Of a stretch of 64,000 nucleotides of DNA, positions 8,509 through 17,662 are shown piece by piece (position 1 is the first letter of the stretch; every line of letters begins with the position of its first letter). This stretch comes from Candidatus Lustribacter sp. (lineage in GTDB: Bacteria; Vulcanimicrobiota; Vulcanimicrobiia; Vulcanimicrobiales; Vulcanimicrobiaceae), in assembly GCA_965277805.1 (NCBI GenBank), contig OZ255842.1:5312001-5376000 (forward strand), in the 5' to 3' direction. A program made the translations under genes and the position numbers. The notes below the pieces were generated by a model. The model made no database searches. It was given only the letters and a program-made list of their open reading frames with translations, and was not told where the DNA came from.

Positions 8509-10898
8509 GCGAAGAGGTCTTGCTGCTGGTCGTTCTTGCCGAGCCGGCCGGCGATCTGTTCGAGTTCGGCGAGGCCGATCAGGATGCGGCGCGGCTTCGT
8601 GCCCTCGTGCGGTCCGACGACTTTGAAATCTTCGAGCTGCTTCATCAGCCGCACGGCGCGCGGGTGACCGATCGCGAACTGCGACTGCAGCGCCGCCGTC
8701 GACGCATACTTGGTGTCGATGATGAATTGCGCGGCATCGTAGCAGAGCGGATCGATGTTCTTGCGGTCTTTGCCGTCGTCGTCATCGATCGGCTCGACGT
8801 CCATCTCGATCAAGTTGTCGGGCCGCGCTTGCGCCGACCAGAACTCGACGAGGCGATTCACCTCGGCGCCGGTAATCAGCGCGCCTTGCGAACGCACCGG
8901 CTTCGGCGCGTCGATCGGTAGATAGAGCATGTCGCCGCGGCCGAGCAGGCGTTCCGCGCCGCCCATGTCGAGGATCGTCCGCGAATCGACTTGTGACGAC
9001 ACCGCGAACGCGATGCGCGAGGGGATGTTGGCTTTGATGATGCCGGTGATCACGTCGACCGACGGCCGCTGCGTCGCGACGATCAGGTGAATGCCGGTCG
9101 CGCGGGCGAGTTGTGCGAGCCGGCAGATCAGCGTTTCAACTTTGCCCGGCGCCACGAGCATCAGGTCGGCAAGCTCGTCGATGATGATCACGATGTAGGG
9201 GAGCTGATCGTTGGGATACTTGGCGTTCCACTCTTCGATCTTGCGCACGCCGGCCTTGGCGAAGCGTTCGTAGCGCTGATCCATCTCTTTGGTCATCTCG
9301 AACAGCGCGCCGGCGGCCATACGCGGATCGGTGATGACGGGGTTCTTGAGATGCGGGATGCCGTTGTAGACGCTCAGCTCCACGCGTTTGGGATCGATCA
9401 TCACCATCTGGACTTGATCGGGGGTGGCGCTGACCAAGAGCGAGGCGATGATGCAGTTCAGGCAGACGGACTTACCGCTGCCGGTCGCGCCGGCGACGAG
9501 CAGATGCGGCATTTTGCCGAGGTCGCCGTAGATCGGCCGCCCGGTGATGTCTTTGCCGAGTGCCATGTTGAGCGGCGGGATCGTTCCGCGCGCCGGCATC
9601 GCTTCCATGATCTCGCGCACCGCGACGACCGACACCGTGGCGTTGGGAATTTCGATGCCGACTGCCGACTTGCCGGGGATCGGCGCTTCGATGCGCACCG
9701 ACGTGGCGGCGAGCGCCAGCGCGAGGTCGTCGGCGAGCGCGCTGATGCGCGCGATCTTTACGCCGCGTTCGGGCTTGAGCTCGTAGCGCGTAATCGACGG
9801 ACCGCGCTCGATGTGCGTGACCTTGGCGCCCACGCCGAACGACGCGAGCGTGTCTTCGAGCACCGCCGAACGGCTCGAGTCGTCGAGCTTTTGCAGCTGC
9901 GGCGGATCGAACAGGGCGAGATCGGGCAGCCGGTACGTGCGCTGCGCCGGCTCGTAGGTGCCGCCGATCGCCGGCTCGGCAACGGCGGTAACGGGAACCG
10001 GAACGGCTACGGCAGCGGCTTCATCGAGGTCGTCGTCGTCCTCGCCGTCTTCCTCCTCGTCGGCTTCCTCTTCGTCGTCGTCCTCGAATTCGTCGTCTTC
10101 GTCCTCATCCTCATCGTCGTCATACTCGTCATCGTCGTCTTCATCGGCGTCCTCGTCGACGAGTTCCAACTCTTCGGCGTCCTCGATCTCGTCTTCGTCT
10201 TCGTCCGCGTCGATCGTTTCGGTCGCTTCGGCGACGTCATAGATGACGCGCGCGGGAGCGGCCGGCGGTGCGACGGCGACGGCCGTGCCCGCCGTTGCGG
10301 CGGCCATGCGCGGCAAGAGTGCCGGTAAATGAAACGCTTCGCGCAGCGAACGCGGACCCGGGGCGCGTGCGGGTTCTTCGGCGATCACGCGGGGCGTGCG
10401 TTCCGACGGCGGCGGACGGAGCGCCGCGAGGCGCGCGATGCACCAGCCGATGACTTTCTTGACCGACACGTTGGTGATCCACACGGTGATCCCGAGCGCT
10501 GCGACGATCAGCACGATCACCGCGCCGACGTCGCCGAGCAGCGCGCGCATGCCGGCGTCGAGCGAACGGCCGATGAAACCGCCGTTGGTGCCGAAGGCCG
10601 CGTCGACGATCAGAAAATACGCGCACGCCGCGCCGCCCAGCGTCGCGATCATGCGCGGCACGTTGATCTCGAGAAACACGATCGTTGCAAGCAGCGCAAC
10701 CAGCAACGGAAACCAGCCGGCGGCGCGCCCGAACAGCGCGTGCAGCGCGGCAGCCGTGTAGAAACCGAACAAACCGGTGTGCGCGGGTGGGACGATGAGC
10801 GAGACGGCGAGCAGAAGCGCAATGCCGAGCGCAATGATCCCGGCGATCTCGTAGTTCCAACGCGTCGTCACGCTCGGCTTCCGGCGAACGCGAGCCAT
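8505..10898 (-). CDS. ftsK: DNA translocase FtsK/SpoIIIE
   Basis: N-terminal TM domain, RIEAPIPGKS, MPHLLVAGATGSGKSV, IDELADLM, ATQRPSVDVITG, GAERLLGRGDML and a gamma domain. Start set at the ATG of MARVRRK (10898) to avoid overlap with the divergent gene. Confidence 0.96.
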   Translation of the reverse strand: MARVRRKPSVTTRWNYEIAGIIALGIALLLAVSLIVPPAHTGLFGFYTAAALHALFGRAAGWFPLLVALLATIVFLEINVPRMIATLGGAACAYFLIVDAAFGTNGGFIGRSLDAGMRALLGDVGAVIVLIVAALGITVWITNVSVKKVIGWCIARLAALRPPPSERTPRVIAEEPARAPGPRSLREAFHLPALLPRMAAATAGTAVAVAPPAAPARVIYDVAEATETIDADEDEDEIEDAEELELVDEDADEDDDDEYDDDEDEDEDDEFEDDDEEEADEEEDGEDDDDLDEAAAVAVPVPVTAVAEPAIGGTYEPAQRTYRLPDLALFDPPQLQKLDDSSRSAVLEDTLASFGVGAKVTHIERGPSITRYELKPERGVKIARISALADDLALALAATSVRIEAPIPGKSAVGIEIPNATVSVVAVREIMEAMPARGTIPPLNMALGKDITGRPIYGDLGKMPHLLVAGATGSGKSVCLNCIIASLLVSATPDQVQMVMIDPKRVELSVYNGIPHLKNPVITDPRMAAGALFEMTKEMDQRYERFAKAGVRKIEEWNAKYPNDQLPYIVIIIDELADLMLVAPGKVETLICRLAQLARATGIHLIVATQRPSVDVITGIIKANIPSRIAFAVSSQVDSRTILDMGGAERLLGRGDMLYLPIDAPKPVRSQGALITGAEVNRLVEFWSAQARPDNLIEMDVEPIDDDDGKDRKNIDPLCYDAAQFIIDTKYASTAALQSQFAIGHPRAVRLMKQLEDFKVVGPHEGTKPRRILIGLAELEQIAGRLGKNDQQQDLFA
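10020..10215 (-). repeat. Low-complexity Asp/Glu tract in the FtsK linker
   Basis: About 65 residues, mostly D/E (DADEDEDEIEDAEELELVDEDADEDDDDEYDDDEDEDEDDEFEDDDEEEADEEEDGEDDDDLDE). Confidence 0.9.
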
Positions 10899-10961
10899 TG
10901 TAACGACACGTTGGCGACCGCGCAGCGGAGTCCCCGCCGGGATCGCGGAACCGTGATCGCC

Positions 10962-12035
10962 GTGGCACCCCCAACAATCGTCGTTCTCGGCGGCGACCAA
11001 ACCGGTCAAGAACTCTTAATCGAAGCACTGCGCGTGATCGCGCCCGAGGTGATCGGGCTGCCGATCATTCTCGAACACTTCGATCTCTCGCTCGAGAAGC
11101 GCCGCGCGACGAAGAACGCGATCGTGCTCGAAGCCGCCGATGCGATGAAGCGCGCAAAGCTCGGCCTCAAAGCTGCGACGATTACGCCCGAAGGCAAGGG
11201 CGACGTGGGCTCGCCCAACGCGATCGTGCGCCAAGCGATCGACGGCAAGGTGATCGTCCGCACCGGGCGCCGCATTCCGGGGGTCCGGCCGGTCGCCGGC
11301 ATCCACGCCCCGATTTCGGTCGTGCGGATGGCCGTCGGCGATGCCTACGGTGCCAAGGAGTGGCGCGAGGGCTCGGGGGACGACGAGGTCGCGTTCCGGA
11401 CCGAACGGATCGAGCGCGGCACCTGCCGCATGGTCGCCGAGTACGCTTTTCTCCACGCGAAGAAGACCAACTCGAAAGTCTTCGGCGGCCCCAAGTACAC
11501 CGTCAGCCCGGTCTACGAGGGGATGCTGAAGGAAGAGATGGACGCCGCGGCCGCCCGCTACCCGGACGTGCCCTACGAGCCCCAGCTGATCGATGCGACG
11601 TACGCGCTGCTGATCTCGACCTCTGGCGACCCGCTGGTGATCCCCTCGCTAAACCGCGACGGCGACTGCCTCTCGGATCTGGTCATGCAGCTCTTCGGCT
11701 CGATCGCCGGAGCCGAGTCGGTCCTGATGTCGTTCGACGCCGACCACCGCCCCGACGTCGTCATGGCGGAGGCCCCGCACGGGACGGCCCCGCGCCTCTT
11801 CGGTAAGAACGTCGCCAATCCGATGGCCATGATCCTGGCCTGCGGCGCGCTGCTCTCCCATATCGACGACCGCCGGGCCGTCAGCGCCTCGCGAGCGATC
11901 TACGAAGGAACGCTTGAAACGGTCCGCGAGGGAACCTCGACCAGTGACCTCGGCGGACATGCCTCGACGACCGAATTCACCGACGCCGTCATCGCGAAGA
12001 TTAAAGCTAAATTGGACGTTTGGGCAACTCTTTAA
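10962..12035 (+). CDS. Isocitrate/isopropylmalate dehydrogenase family protein
   Basis: IVVLGGDQTGQE, SPNAIVR, NRDGDCLSDL and EAPHGTAP...NVANPMAMI. Likely GTG start at 10962 (or 10953). Confidence 0.9.
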   Translation: MAPPTIVVLGGDQTGQELLIEALRVIAPEVIGLPIILEHFDLSLEKRRATKNAIVLEAADAMKRAKLGLKAATITPEGKGDVGSPNAIVRQAIDGKVIVRTGRRIPGVRPVAGIHAPISVVRMAVGDAYGAKEWREGSGDDEVAFRTERIERGTCRMVAEYAFLHAKKTNSKVFGGPKYTVSPVYEGMLKEEMDAAAARYPDVPYEPQLIDATYALLISTSGDPLVIPSLNRDGDCLSDLVMQLFGSIAGAESVLMSFDADHRPDVVMAEAPHGTAPRLFGKNVANPMAMILACGALLSHIDDRRAVSASRAIYEGTLETVREGTSTSDLGGHASTTEFTDAVIAKIKAKLDVWATL

Positions 12036-12056
12036 GGAAGAAAGTTTCGGCGCTCC

Positions 12057-12100
12057 CTTAGACGGTTCTTAGGGAGGCCTTAAGCCTGCCTGAGGATAAT
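12057..12100 (+). promoter_or_regulatory. Four 11-bp-spaced direct repeats (OmpR/PhoB-type operator) ending at a -10-like GATAAT
   Basis: CTTAGA (12057), CTTAGG (12068), CTTAAG (12079) and CTGAGG (12090), with GATAAT at 12095-12100. Confidence 0.6.
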
Positions 12101-12222
12101 GCCGCCCCCATCTACCCTCGCTTTGCGTTATGTAAGCTTAGCAAAGAGAGGCATCCCTAGGACAGCAAGTTCTTGGGCTTGATCCAGTGCTTGCTTTACC
12201 AATCTCTAACGAGGTGCCATCT

Positions 12223-15200
12223 ATGGTCGGAGCGGTCGCTTTACGGCGAATCCACTCGGGTCTTCGCGCGCTTCTCGCGTGCGTTATTTTTGCTGGCATG
12301 GTTTGCTCGCTCGTTTCCCCGGCGTTCGCCGCCGGCGGCCAGGTCGGTATCATTCAAGGTACCGTCACCGACACGAACGGCAATCCAGTCAGCGGTGCCG
12401 CAATCAGTGCGGCTTCACCAACCGGATCGTATTCGGCCACCACGGCTGCGAACGGTTCGTTCACCATCGTCGGTGTCAACGTCGACACCTACGCGATTTC
12501 GGTTTCCGCGCCGGGCTACGACACGTACGTGTTGCGCGGCGCCACCGTTACCGGCGACCAAACGCTCACCCTTCCGCTGAAGCTTTCGAAGGCACAGGCC
12601 GTCATCGGCCGCGTCGGCGCGCGCTCGGCATCGGGCGCGTTTCAGCCGAGCCAAACGGTGGATTCGTACACGATCACCGGTGCGCGCGTAGCGCAGACCA
12701 CCGGCAGTCCCGCGAACACGAGCCTCAACGACGTCGTGCTCTCTGCTCCCGGCGTCTCGATTACCGAAAACGGTAACCCGACGATCCGCGGCGGTTCGCA
12801 GCGCGAGGTCAGCTACCAACTGGACGGCGTCAGCTTCGACGAACCGTTCCTCGGCGACAACGGATCGGCCGGTCTTTTCAACGGCCTCAACTCCGTGCAG
12901 GTCGTGGAAGGCGGCGGCGACGCGAGCCAAGGCGGGCTCGGTTCCGGCGTGATCAACGCGATCCCCAAACGCGGTACCTACCCCGCAACCGGAAGCCTCA
13001 CGGCGCAGATCTCCGGACCGAACTTCGGCAATTTCGGTGGTATCGAATACGGGTTCGCAACGCCGGACAACTCCATCTCGGATTACTTCTCGATGGTGAA
13101 CAACCGGTTCGTTCCGTACTACGGTTTCCACAATCAGGATGCTTCGACGTACGGCAACTACTTCTCGCTGGGAATGCGCAATCAAACGCAGTTGGTCAAC
13201 AACTTCGTGTTCAAGTTCGGCCCCAATAAGAACCAGTCACTACAAGTGCTGTACGACAATGTCTCCGAACTGGATCATGGCAACTATGGAGGCTTTCCGT
13301 CGGGCGGCCTGCCGAGCTACAACTACGATCCCTTCCAGCCGGCAATCTTCGGCGTGCCGCTGAGCCTGAACCAGTACCTTCAGCCGTTGCCGTATACGCC
13401 GTCATCGAACGTTCCGTATACGACACCCGAGCTGCAAAAAGACATTCAGACGCGGTTCCTGAAATTCGAATATGACAACAGCATCAACTCGACCACGTAC
13501 CTTGCCGTACGCTACTACAATTGGGAACGTCTCGAGACCGATATGCAGGAGTACGAGCTCGGACCGTTCCAGCAAGGCACGTCGCTCTGGCAGGCCGAGG
13601 GCGGCAGCACGACCGGCTTCAGCGGCGAAATCACGCACCAGTTCGGCGACAAGCTGACCGTGACGCTGCAGGGTCAGTACAACGTACTGCACCCGGTGTG
13701 GAACCAAGAGTTCACGCCGGTGTATGCGCTCTTCGGGCCGCTCGGTGGTGACTTCACGCCGCCCACTGCTCCCTGCGCGGGCATCCCGGCCGGTGCAGGC
13801 TACGTGAGCTGCGCCTACGGTGCGGGCGTGGTTCCGGCGCCGATTCTGTACATCGACGAGAACAACTCGTTCTTCCAGAACTACGGCTTCGGTCTGCGCT
13901 TCCAGTATGCGATCAGCGACAAACTGCACGCCGACTTCGGCGTCCGGTATGAAGGCCAGAACCAGCACTGGAACAACCCCTACAACCCCAACGACGTTGA
14001 AAACCCGTTCGACGTTCCGACCCAAATCTGGGGCGCGAACGTCACCAACCCGAAGGAATTGACGCCGCGTATCGCACTCGATTATCAGTTCGATCGCAAC
14101 GACGCGCTGCGTGCTTCATTCGGCCGGTCGGTCGTGTTCCAGAACTCGCAGAACGCGGGTACTCCGCTCGGCATCTACGGGAACCTGCCCGCATTGGCCG
14201 CGCTTCCGCCGGATCTCGTCGGCGTTAAGCCCATCGTGGCGGGCGCACCGGTGGCAAACCAGTGCGGTACTTCGCTCAACGGCATTGCGGGAACGTTCCC
14301 GTGCCAAAACTACTTGCAACAGTACTACTGGTCGCTCGATCGTAACTTCGATGCGCCGGACGCCGGTGGCGCCCAGCCCTCGATCTACAACAACTACGAC
14401 GCGAGCTTCTCGCACCAATTCGCCGGCGGTGTGGCCCTCAAGCTCACGCCGTTCTACAAGTTCGGCACGGGCCTCCCGACGGCGAGCTTGCTGGCAACGC
14501 TTCCCGGTGGATCGCAGATCTTCTCGGAATCATCGAAGGGCTTCAACCGCACGACGGGCGTTGAGTTCAACGTCACGACGGCGGATCGCCCGGTCGGTGT
14601 GTCCGGATTCCTCGCCGCGACCTATCAGAACGTGCTGCAATCGGCGCCGCCGCTCTCCAACGGTGAGTTCAACGGCGTTCCGCAACTCTCACCGGCCGAC
14701 ATCGCCTTGCAGAACGTCTACCGCGCGGGCTACGTCTCACCGGTCTCCATCCGCATCGGCGGCACGGTCAACTTCGGCGGCGGCTTCAGCCTCGTGCCGA
14801 TCGTGCAAATCGATTCGGGCTTCCCCTACAACGTCGGCGATACGATCGCATCGACGTTACCCGACGGATCGTATGCCAACATTCCGCAGGTCAACTTCGG
14901 TGCCGGCACCCCGATTCTGCTCGGTTATCAAAACGCGGGCGGAACTCAGCTGAACACCAACTACTACGATCCCGCATACTCGGGTTCGCAACTCGCCCCG
15001 AACGTCGCGGCGACGCGCGGCACGCCGACGTCGTCGCATAGCGGCGGCGTGACGTGGACCCCGAACGCGGAGTTCAATCTGACGCTTCAGTACAAGCACG
15101 GCCGCGACACCATCGGTATACAAGCCGTCAATCTCTTCACGAACGGTTACAACGGCACGACCCCTGCGGTCAATCCGTTCTACCAGCCGGTCGCGAACGG

Positions 15201-15396
15201 CGTGTCCGGTCCGCAAACGGGCCAAAACACGTGTACGGCGATCTACGGAACCGCACGCGGTTGCGCGGCGATTCCGGCGAACTCCTACGCGTTCTCGAAC
15301 GGCGCTTACATCCTCACCAACGGCAACGTTGGTACCTGGCAACTCGCGCCGCTCGCGCCAACGTCGTTCAACGTATTCTACCGGCGGCAGCTCTAG
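12223..15396 (+). CDS. TonB-dependent-receptor-like outer membrane protein with an N-terminal carboxypeptidase-regulatory-like domain
   Basis: GAGG RBS before ATG 12223, signal peptide (AFA|A), GTVTDTNGNPVSGA...NGSFTI domain, plug-like SAPGV..TIRGG...YQLDG, and a long Y/F/N/G-rich beta-strand region. Confidence 0.85.
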   Translation: MVGAVALRRIHSGLRALLACVIFAGMVCSLVSPAFAAGGQVGIIQGTVTDTNGNPVSGAAISAASPTGSYSATTAANGSFTIVGVNVDTYAISVSAPGYDTYVLRGATVTGDQTLTLPLKLSKAQAVIGRVGARSASGAFQPSQTVDSYTITGARVAQTTGSPANTSLNDVVLSAPGVSITENGNPTIRGGSQREVSYQLDGVSFDEPFLGDNGSAGLFNGLNSVQVVEGGGDASQGGLGSGVINAIPKRGTYPATGSLTAQISGPNFGNFGGIEYGFATPDNSISDYFSMVNNRFVPYYGFHNQDASTYGNYFSLGMRNQTQLVNNFVFKFGPNKNQSLQVLYDNVSELDHGNYGGFPSGGLPSYNYDPFQPAIFGVPLSLNQYLQPLPYTPSSNVPYTTPELQKDIQTRFLKFEYDNSINSTTYLAVRYYNWERLETDMQEYELGPFQQGTSLWQAEGGSTTGFSGEITHQFGDKLTVTLQGQYNVLHPVWNQEFTPVYALFGPLGGDFTPPTAPCAGIPAGAGYVSCAYGAGVVPAPILYIDENNSFFQNYGFGLRFQYAISDKLHADFGVRYEGQNQHWNNPYNPNDVENPFDVPTQIWGANVTNPKELTPRIALDYQFDRNDALRASFGRSVVFQNSQNAGTPLGIYGNLPALAALPPDLVGVKPIVAGAPVANQCGTSLNGIAGTFPCQNYLQQYYWSLDRNFDAPDAGGAQPSIYNNYDASFSHQFAGGVALKLTPFYKFGTGLPTASLLATLPGGSQIFSESSKGFNRTTGVEFNVTTADRPVGVSGFLAATYQNVLQSAPPLSNGEFNGVPQLSPADIALQNVYRAGYVSPVSIRIGGTVNFGGGFSLVPIVQIDSGFPYNVGDTIASTLPDGSYANIPQVNFGAGTPILLGYQNAGGTQLNTNYYDPAYSGSQLAPNVAATRGTPTSSHSGGVTWTPNAEFNLTLQYKHGRDTIGIQAVNLFTNGYNGTTPAVNPFYQPVANGVSGPQTGQNTCTAIYGTARGCAAIPANSYAFSNGAYILTNGNVGTWQLAPLAPTSFNVFYRRQL

Positions 15397-15408
15397 GTGA
15401 TATGCACA

Positions 15409-16752
15409 ATGCAAAAGATAGCAACACTAACCCTAACCTGTGCAGCAGCACTTGGTCTCGCCGCTTGTAGTTCGTCGGGCTCGAGTCCGGTCGCGCCGTC
15501 ACACGTCGCGAACCTGACCTCGAACGTTCTGCAGATGAACGTCGGCACGGCGAATCTCTTCGGAGATACGCCGGCTGCCGCGGTCGTCGGCACGAACGTC
15601 GCGGTCACGTACCGGCAACCGTCGGGGGCGCTCAATCCGGGCGCCAGCGCCGTCCTCGTCAGTACGCCGACGCTCACCCTGCCGCACGCCCTCGGTGGTG
15701 TGGCCGGGACGCCGGATGCCTTCAACGCCACGATTGCCGGAGGTCCGGCACCGGCCGAGATCGGCACGACCTCAATGACGGCCACATCGCAATCCCCGAC
15801 GGCCAATAACGTCACGACCTTCGGGAATGACGGCGGCGCGTTCGGCCTCGGTCTCGAGCCGTTCAACTACGCGGCGCCGATCGGCAACGCCGGCGTAACC
15901 GGCGCACCCGCGAACGTCTTCCCGTACGCCGTTCCGCTTTACGACGCGATCGTCGCGGCCGGCGGCACGGATCCCAATGCGTTCATCCCCGGCGGCGGCT
16001 CGCCGGCGTTCAATGTCGCGAACAATCAGGCAGCGGTATTGGGCGGATTCAACGGCATCTCGGAAGGCCTCGATGTTTTCGAGGTCGCGCCGGCTGTCGG
16101 AACCTACTCACTCTCCGTCCTCGTTCCGGCGAACAGCGGGGCGATAACGCAAACTGCGACGGCGGCGATCAGCTCCGTTGCGGTGCTGCCGCCCTTCGTT
16201 TCACCGGTGCCGGTCGTCACGGCTGCGGGCGGCGTAACCGCCGCGGTCGCGCTGCCGGCAGGCGTCACCGAAGCCTACATCCAGCTCACCGACTACGGCC
16301 CCACGGCCGTGGACGGGTCCGGCAACCAGCTTTCGAGCTGCGTCGGCGCGGGATCGGGTTCGAAGACAGGCAACGGCGGTACGCCGATCTACTACACGGT
16401 GGTGATCCGTGCGTCGGGTACGGCGACGTTCCCGGCCGGCACGATTTGCACCGCCGCGCAGAATACCACCGCGAACGGCGGCGCCAGCGACGGTGACGTC
16501 TTCACGGTGCAAGCGATCGGGTTTGACTACGGCGCGTACGAGGCGTCCTACACCGGCATCAGCGGTGTCGGCGGTCTCGGCGTCCCGGCGCCTTCATTGA
16601 CGGGTGCCGGCGCTTCGCACCAAGCGGACGTCACGGTCTCGAGCCAAGGCCTCTTCAACCAGCCGGTTGGTGGCGGTCTCCTCAACGGCCCCGGTGGCGC
16701 CGTGCTGCCGGCCAGCGCGAAACGCGTCGGCCGCAGCGTGATTCGCCGCTAA
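15409..16752 (+). CDS. Gly/Ala/Thr-rich lipoprotein, partner of the upstream receptor
   Basis: Lipobox LGLAAC, 12 nt after the receptor stop, followed by a terminator. Confidence 0.8.
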   Translation: MQKIATLTLTCAAALGLAACSSSGSSPVAPSHVANLTSNVLQMNVGTANLFGDTPAAAVVGTNVAVTYRQPSGALNPGASAVLVSTPTLTLPHALGGVAGTPDAFNATIAGGPAPAEIGTTSMTATSQSPTANNVTTFGNDGGAFGLGLEPFNYAAPIGNAGVTGAPANVFPYAVPLYDAIVAAGGTDPNAFIPGGGSPAFNVANNQAAVLGGFNGISEGLDVFEVAPAVGTYSLSVLVPANSGAITQTATAAISSVAVLPPFVSPVPVVTAAGGVTAAVALPAGVTEAYIQLTDYGPTAVDGSGNQLSSCVGAGSGSKTGNGGTPIYYTVVIRASGTATFPAGTICTAAQNTTANGGASDGDVFTVQAIGFDYGAYEASYTGISGVGGLGVPAPSLTGAGASHQADVTVSSQGLFNQPVGGGLLNGPGGAVLPASAKRVGRSVIRR

Positions 16753-16774
16753 CACTCCCGCGTAGCGAAACGAT

Positions 16775-16809
16775 AGGGCGTCGGCTTCGGCCGGCGCCCT
16801 TTCTTTTTT
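16775..16809 (+). terminator. Rho-independent terminator
   Basis: AGGGCGTCGGC-TTCG-GCCGGCGCCCT followed by TTCTTTTTT. Confidence 0.9.
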
Positions 16810-17659
16810 ATGGTGCGGCGCTGATTGCAACTGCGCCGCCGAGCGCGAGCGCGACGCCGATCCACTGCAGACGTCCCAAGCGCTCGCGCAAAACGATCGC
16901 CGCGAGTGCGACCGTTGCGGCGGGATACAGCGACGTCAGCACCGCGACGAGCGAGAGCAAACCGTGATGCGCTGCCACGACGTAGAGCACGTTCGCCGTC
17001 ACGTCGAGAACGCCGCAGAGCGCCGTGAGAACGAGTGCGGGCCGCGCAAGACGCAGGTTTTTGCCACCGCCGAACGCGAGCCCGCCGGCAATCAGCAGCA
17101 CCACCGATGTGGCGCGCGCGGCGAGCAACGGCACCATGCCGGCGTCACTGCGCGTTTGCGCGAGCGCGATGAAGTAGGCGCCGAAGCCGATGCCGGCGAC
17201 GATGGCTTCGAGCAAGCCCGGCGGAAAATGCGTGGTGCGCTGCGCGCGTTCGCCCGGCGCGGCGCTGACGAACACGACCGCGGCAATCGCCGCTACGATG
17301 CCGGCGTATGCGATGATACTCGGGTGCTCGCCGCGGAAGAGCAATCCGTAGAGCAGCGGAATCGATGCGCCGAGCACGGCGCTGATCGGCGAGACGACTC
17401 CCATCGTCCCGATGGCGAGCCCGCGATACAATGCCGCGATCGCAATTGCGCCGGCGACGCCGCACAGGGCGCCCCACGCAACGTCCGCGGGCAGCGCGTG
17501 CCCGCCGAAGAGCGGCAAGATGCCGGCCAGCAATACGAAACCGACGGCTTGCGACCAGATGACGGCGCTGACCGTCGACGTGCGGCGGCTCGCGAGACCG
17601 CCGAGAAAGTCCGACGATCCGTAAACGATTGCCGCGACTAGCGCGATCGCTACGGACAT
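16808..17659 (-). CDS. EamA/DMT-family transporter
   Basis: About 10 TM helices, YGSSDFLGG, and LTSLYPAATVALA..LRERL. Confidence 0.9.
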   Translation of the reverse strand: MSVAIALVAAIVYGSSDFLGGLASRRTSTVSAVIWSQAVGFVLLAGILPLFGGHALPADVAWGALCGVAGAIAIAALYRGLAIGTMGVVSPISAVLGASIPLLYGLLFRGEHPSIIAYAGIVAAIAAVVFVSAAPGERAQRTTHFPPGLLEAIVAGIGFGAYFIALAQTRSDAGMVPLLAARATSVVLLIAGGLAFGGGKNLRLARPALVLTALCGVLDVTANVLYVVAAHHGLLSLVAVLTSLYPAATVALAAIVLRERLGRLQWIGVALALGGAVAISAAP

Positions 17660-17662
17660 CGG

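Noticed and set aside
9958-10242. Poly-Ser ORF on the + strand
   Set aside because: It is the reverse complement of the FtsK Asp/Glu tract.
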